A DNA stretch of 64,000 nucleotides from positions 1 through 64,000 of the IMG/VR virus record IMGVR_UViG_2974778606_000001; one strand, written 5' to 3'. Position 1 is the stretch's first letter, and the number at the start of each line of letters is the position of its first letter. Below the pieces are notes generated by a model. The model did no database searches and had not been told where the DNA came from. It was given only the letters and a program-made list of their open reading frames with translations. Positions 63,854-64,000 of the stretch are shown here, one piece after another. The stretch is from a virus (taxonomy: Duplodnaviria; Caudoviricetes). The translations under genes were made by a program, and so were the position numbers.

Positions 63854-64000
63854 ATGTCTGATGGACTACTGAAGATTGGTCGGCTGGGAAATAAGGCTGA
63901 CTTCGATATCAAGAAGCTTGTAGCAGTTCTTGAGGATGCGTATGTCAATTCCCGCCCCAAGGAAAGATATTCCAAGAAGGTCTCATTCAGTCCGTCCTCT
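63854..64000 (+). CDS. Partial CDS, possibly Cas4-like exonuclease (truncated by window edge)
   Basis: MSDGLLKIG...SFSPSS; the FSPSS motif is typical of such nucleases. Confidence 0.45.
   Translation, partial: MSDGLLKIGRLGNKADFDIKKLVAVLEDAYVNSRPKERYSKKVSFSPSS

Overview
Left ~64 kb of a large lytic siphovirus of Actinobacteria. Gene content and order resemble Streptomyces cluster BE-type phages; this is recognition by eye, not a database hit. The window has four blocks. (1) ~1-11 kb: a GC-richer, probably terminally repeated early region. It is built as an array of ~15 self-contained leftward cassettes, each with its own sigma70/HrdB-type promoter (TTGnnn-17/18-TAGACT) and a related 5' leader. 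Most cassettes end in a cUUCGg hairpin plus a 13-bp pseudo-palindrome GGCCG-GGG-CGGCC (16 copies, 3 inverted). Cargo includes DUF932, two ribosomal L7/L12-CTD-like proteins, an Lsr2-like protein, a gp88-family protein, two ParB-N-like proteins and many micro-ORFs. (2) 11-17 kb: leftward accessory genes (ThyX, Nudix, a DUF2637-like membrane protein whose 3' half is packed with TGTC/GACA motifs, Dps, tRNA-Thr(CGT), an HNH with a transmembrane tail, a lytic transglycosylase). The block ends in an AT-rich hairpin cluster and a strongly supported ~155-nt structured ncRNA at the strand switch. (3) 17.6-52.8 kb: rightward glycosyltransferase, class II RNR, endolysin, head and tail genes, holin. (4) 53-64 kb: replication/recombination genes (DnaB, DnaG, SSB, DnaE, MazG, RecA, resolvase, start of a Cas4-like nuclease). 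No integrase, terminase, CRISPR array or rRNA is visible. All motif counts are manual.
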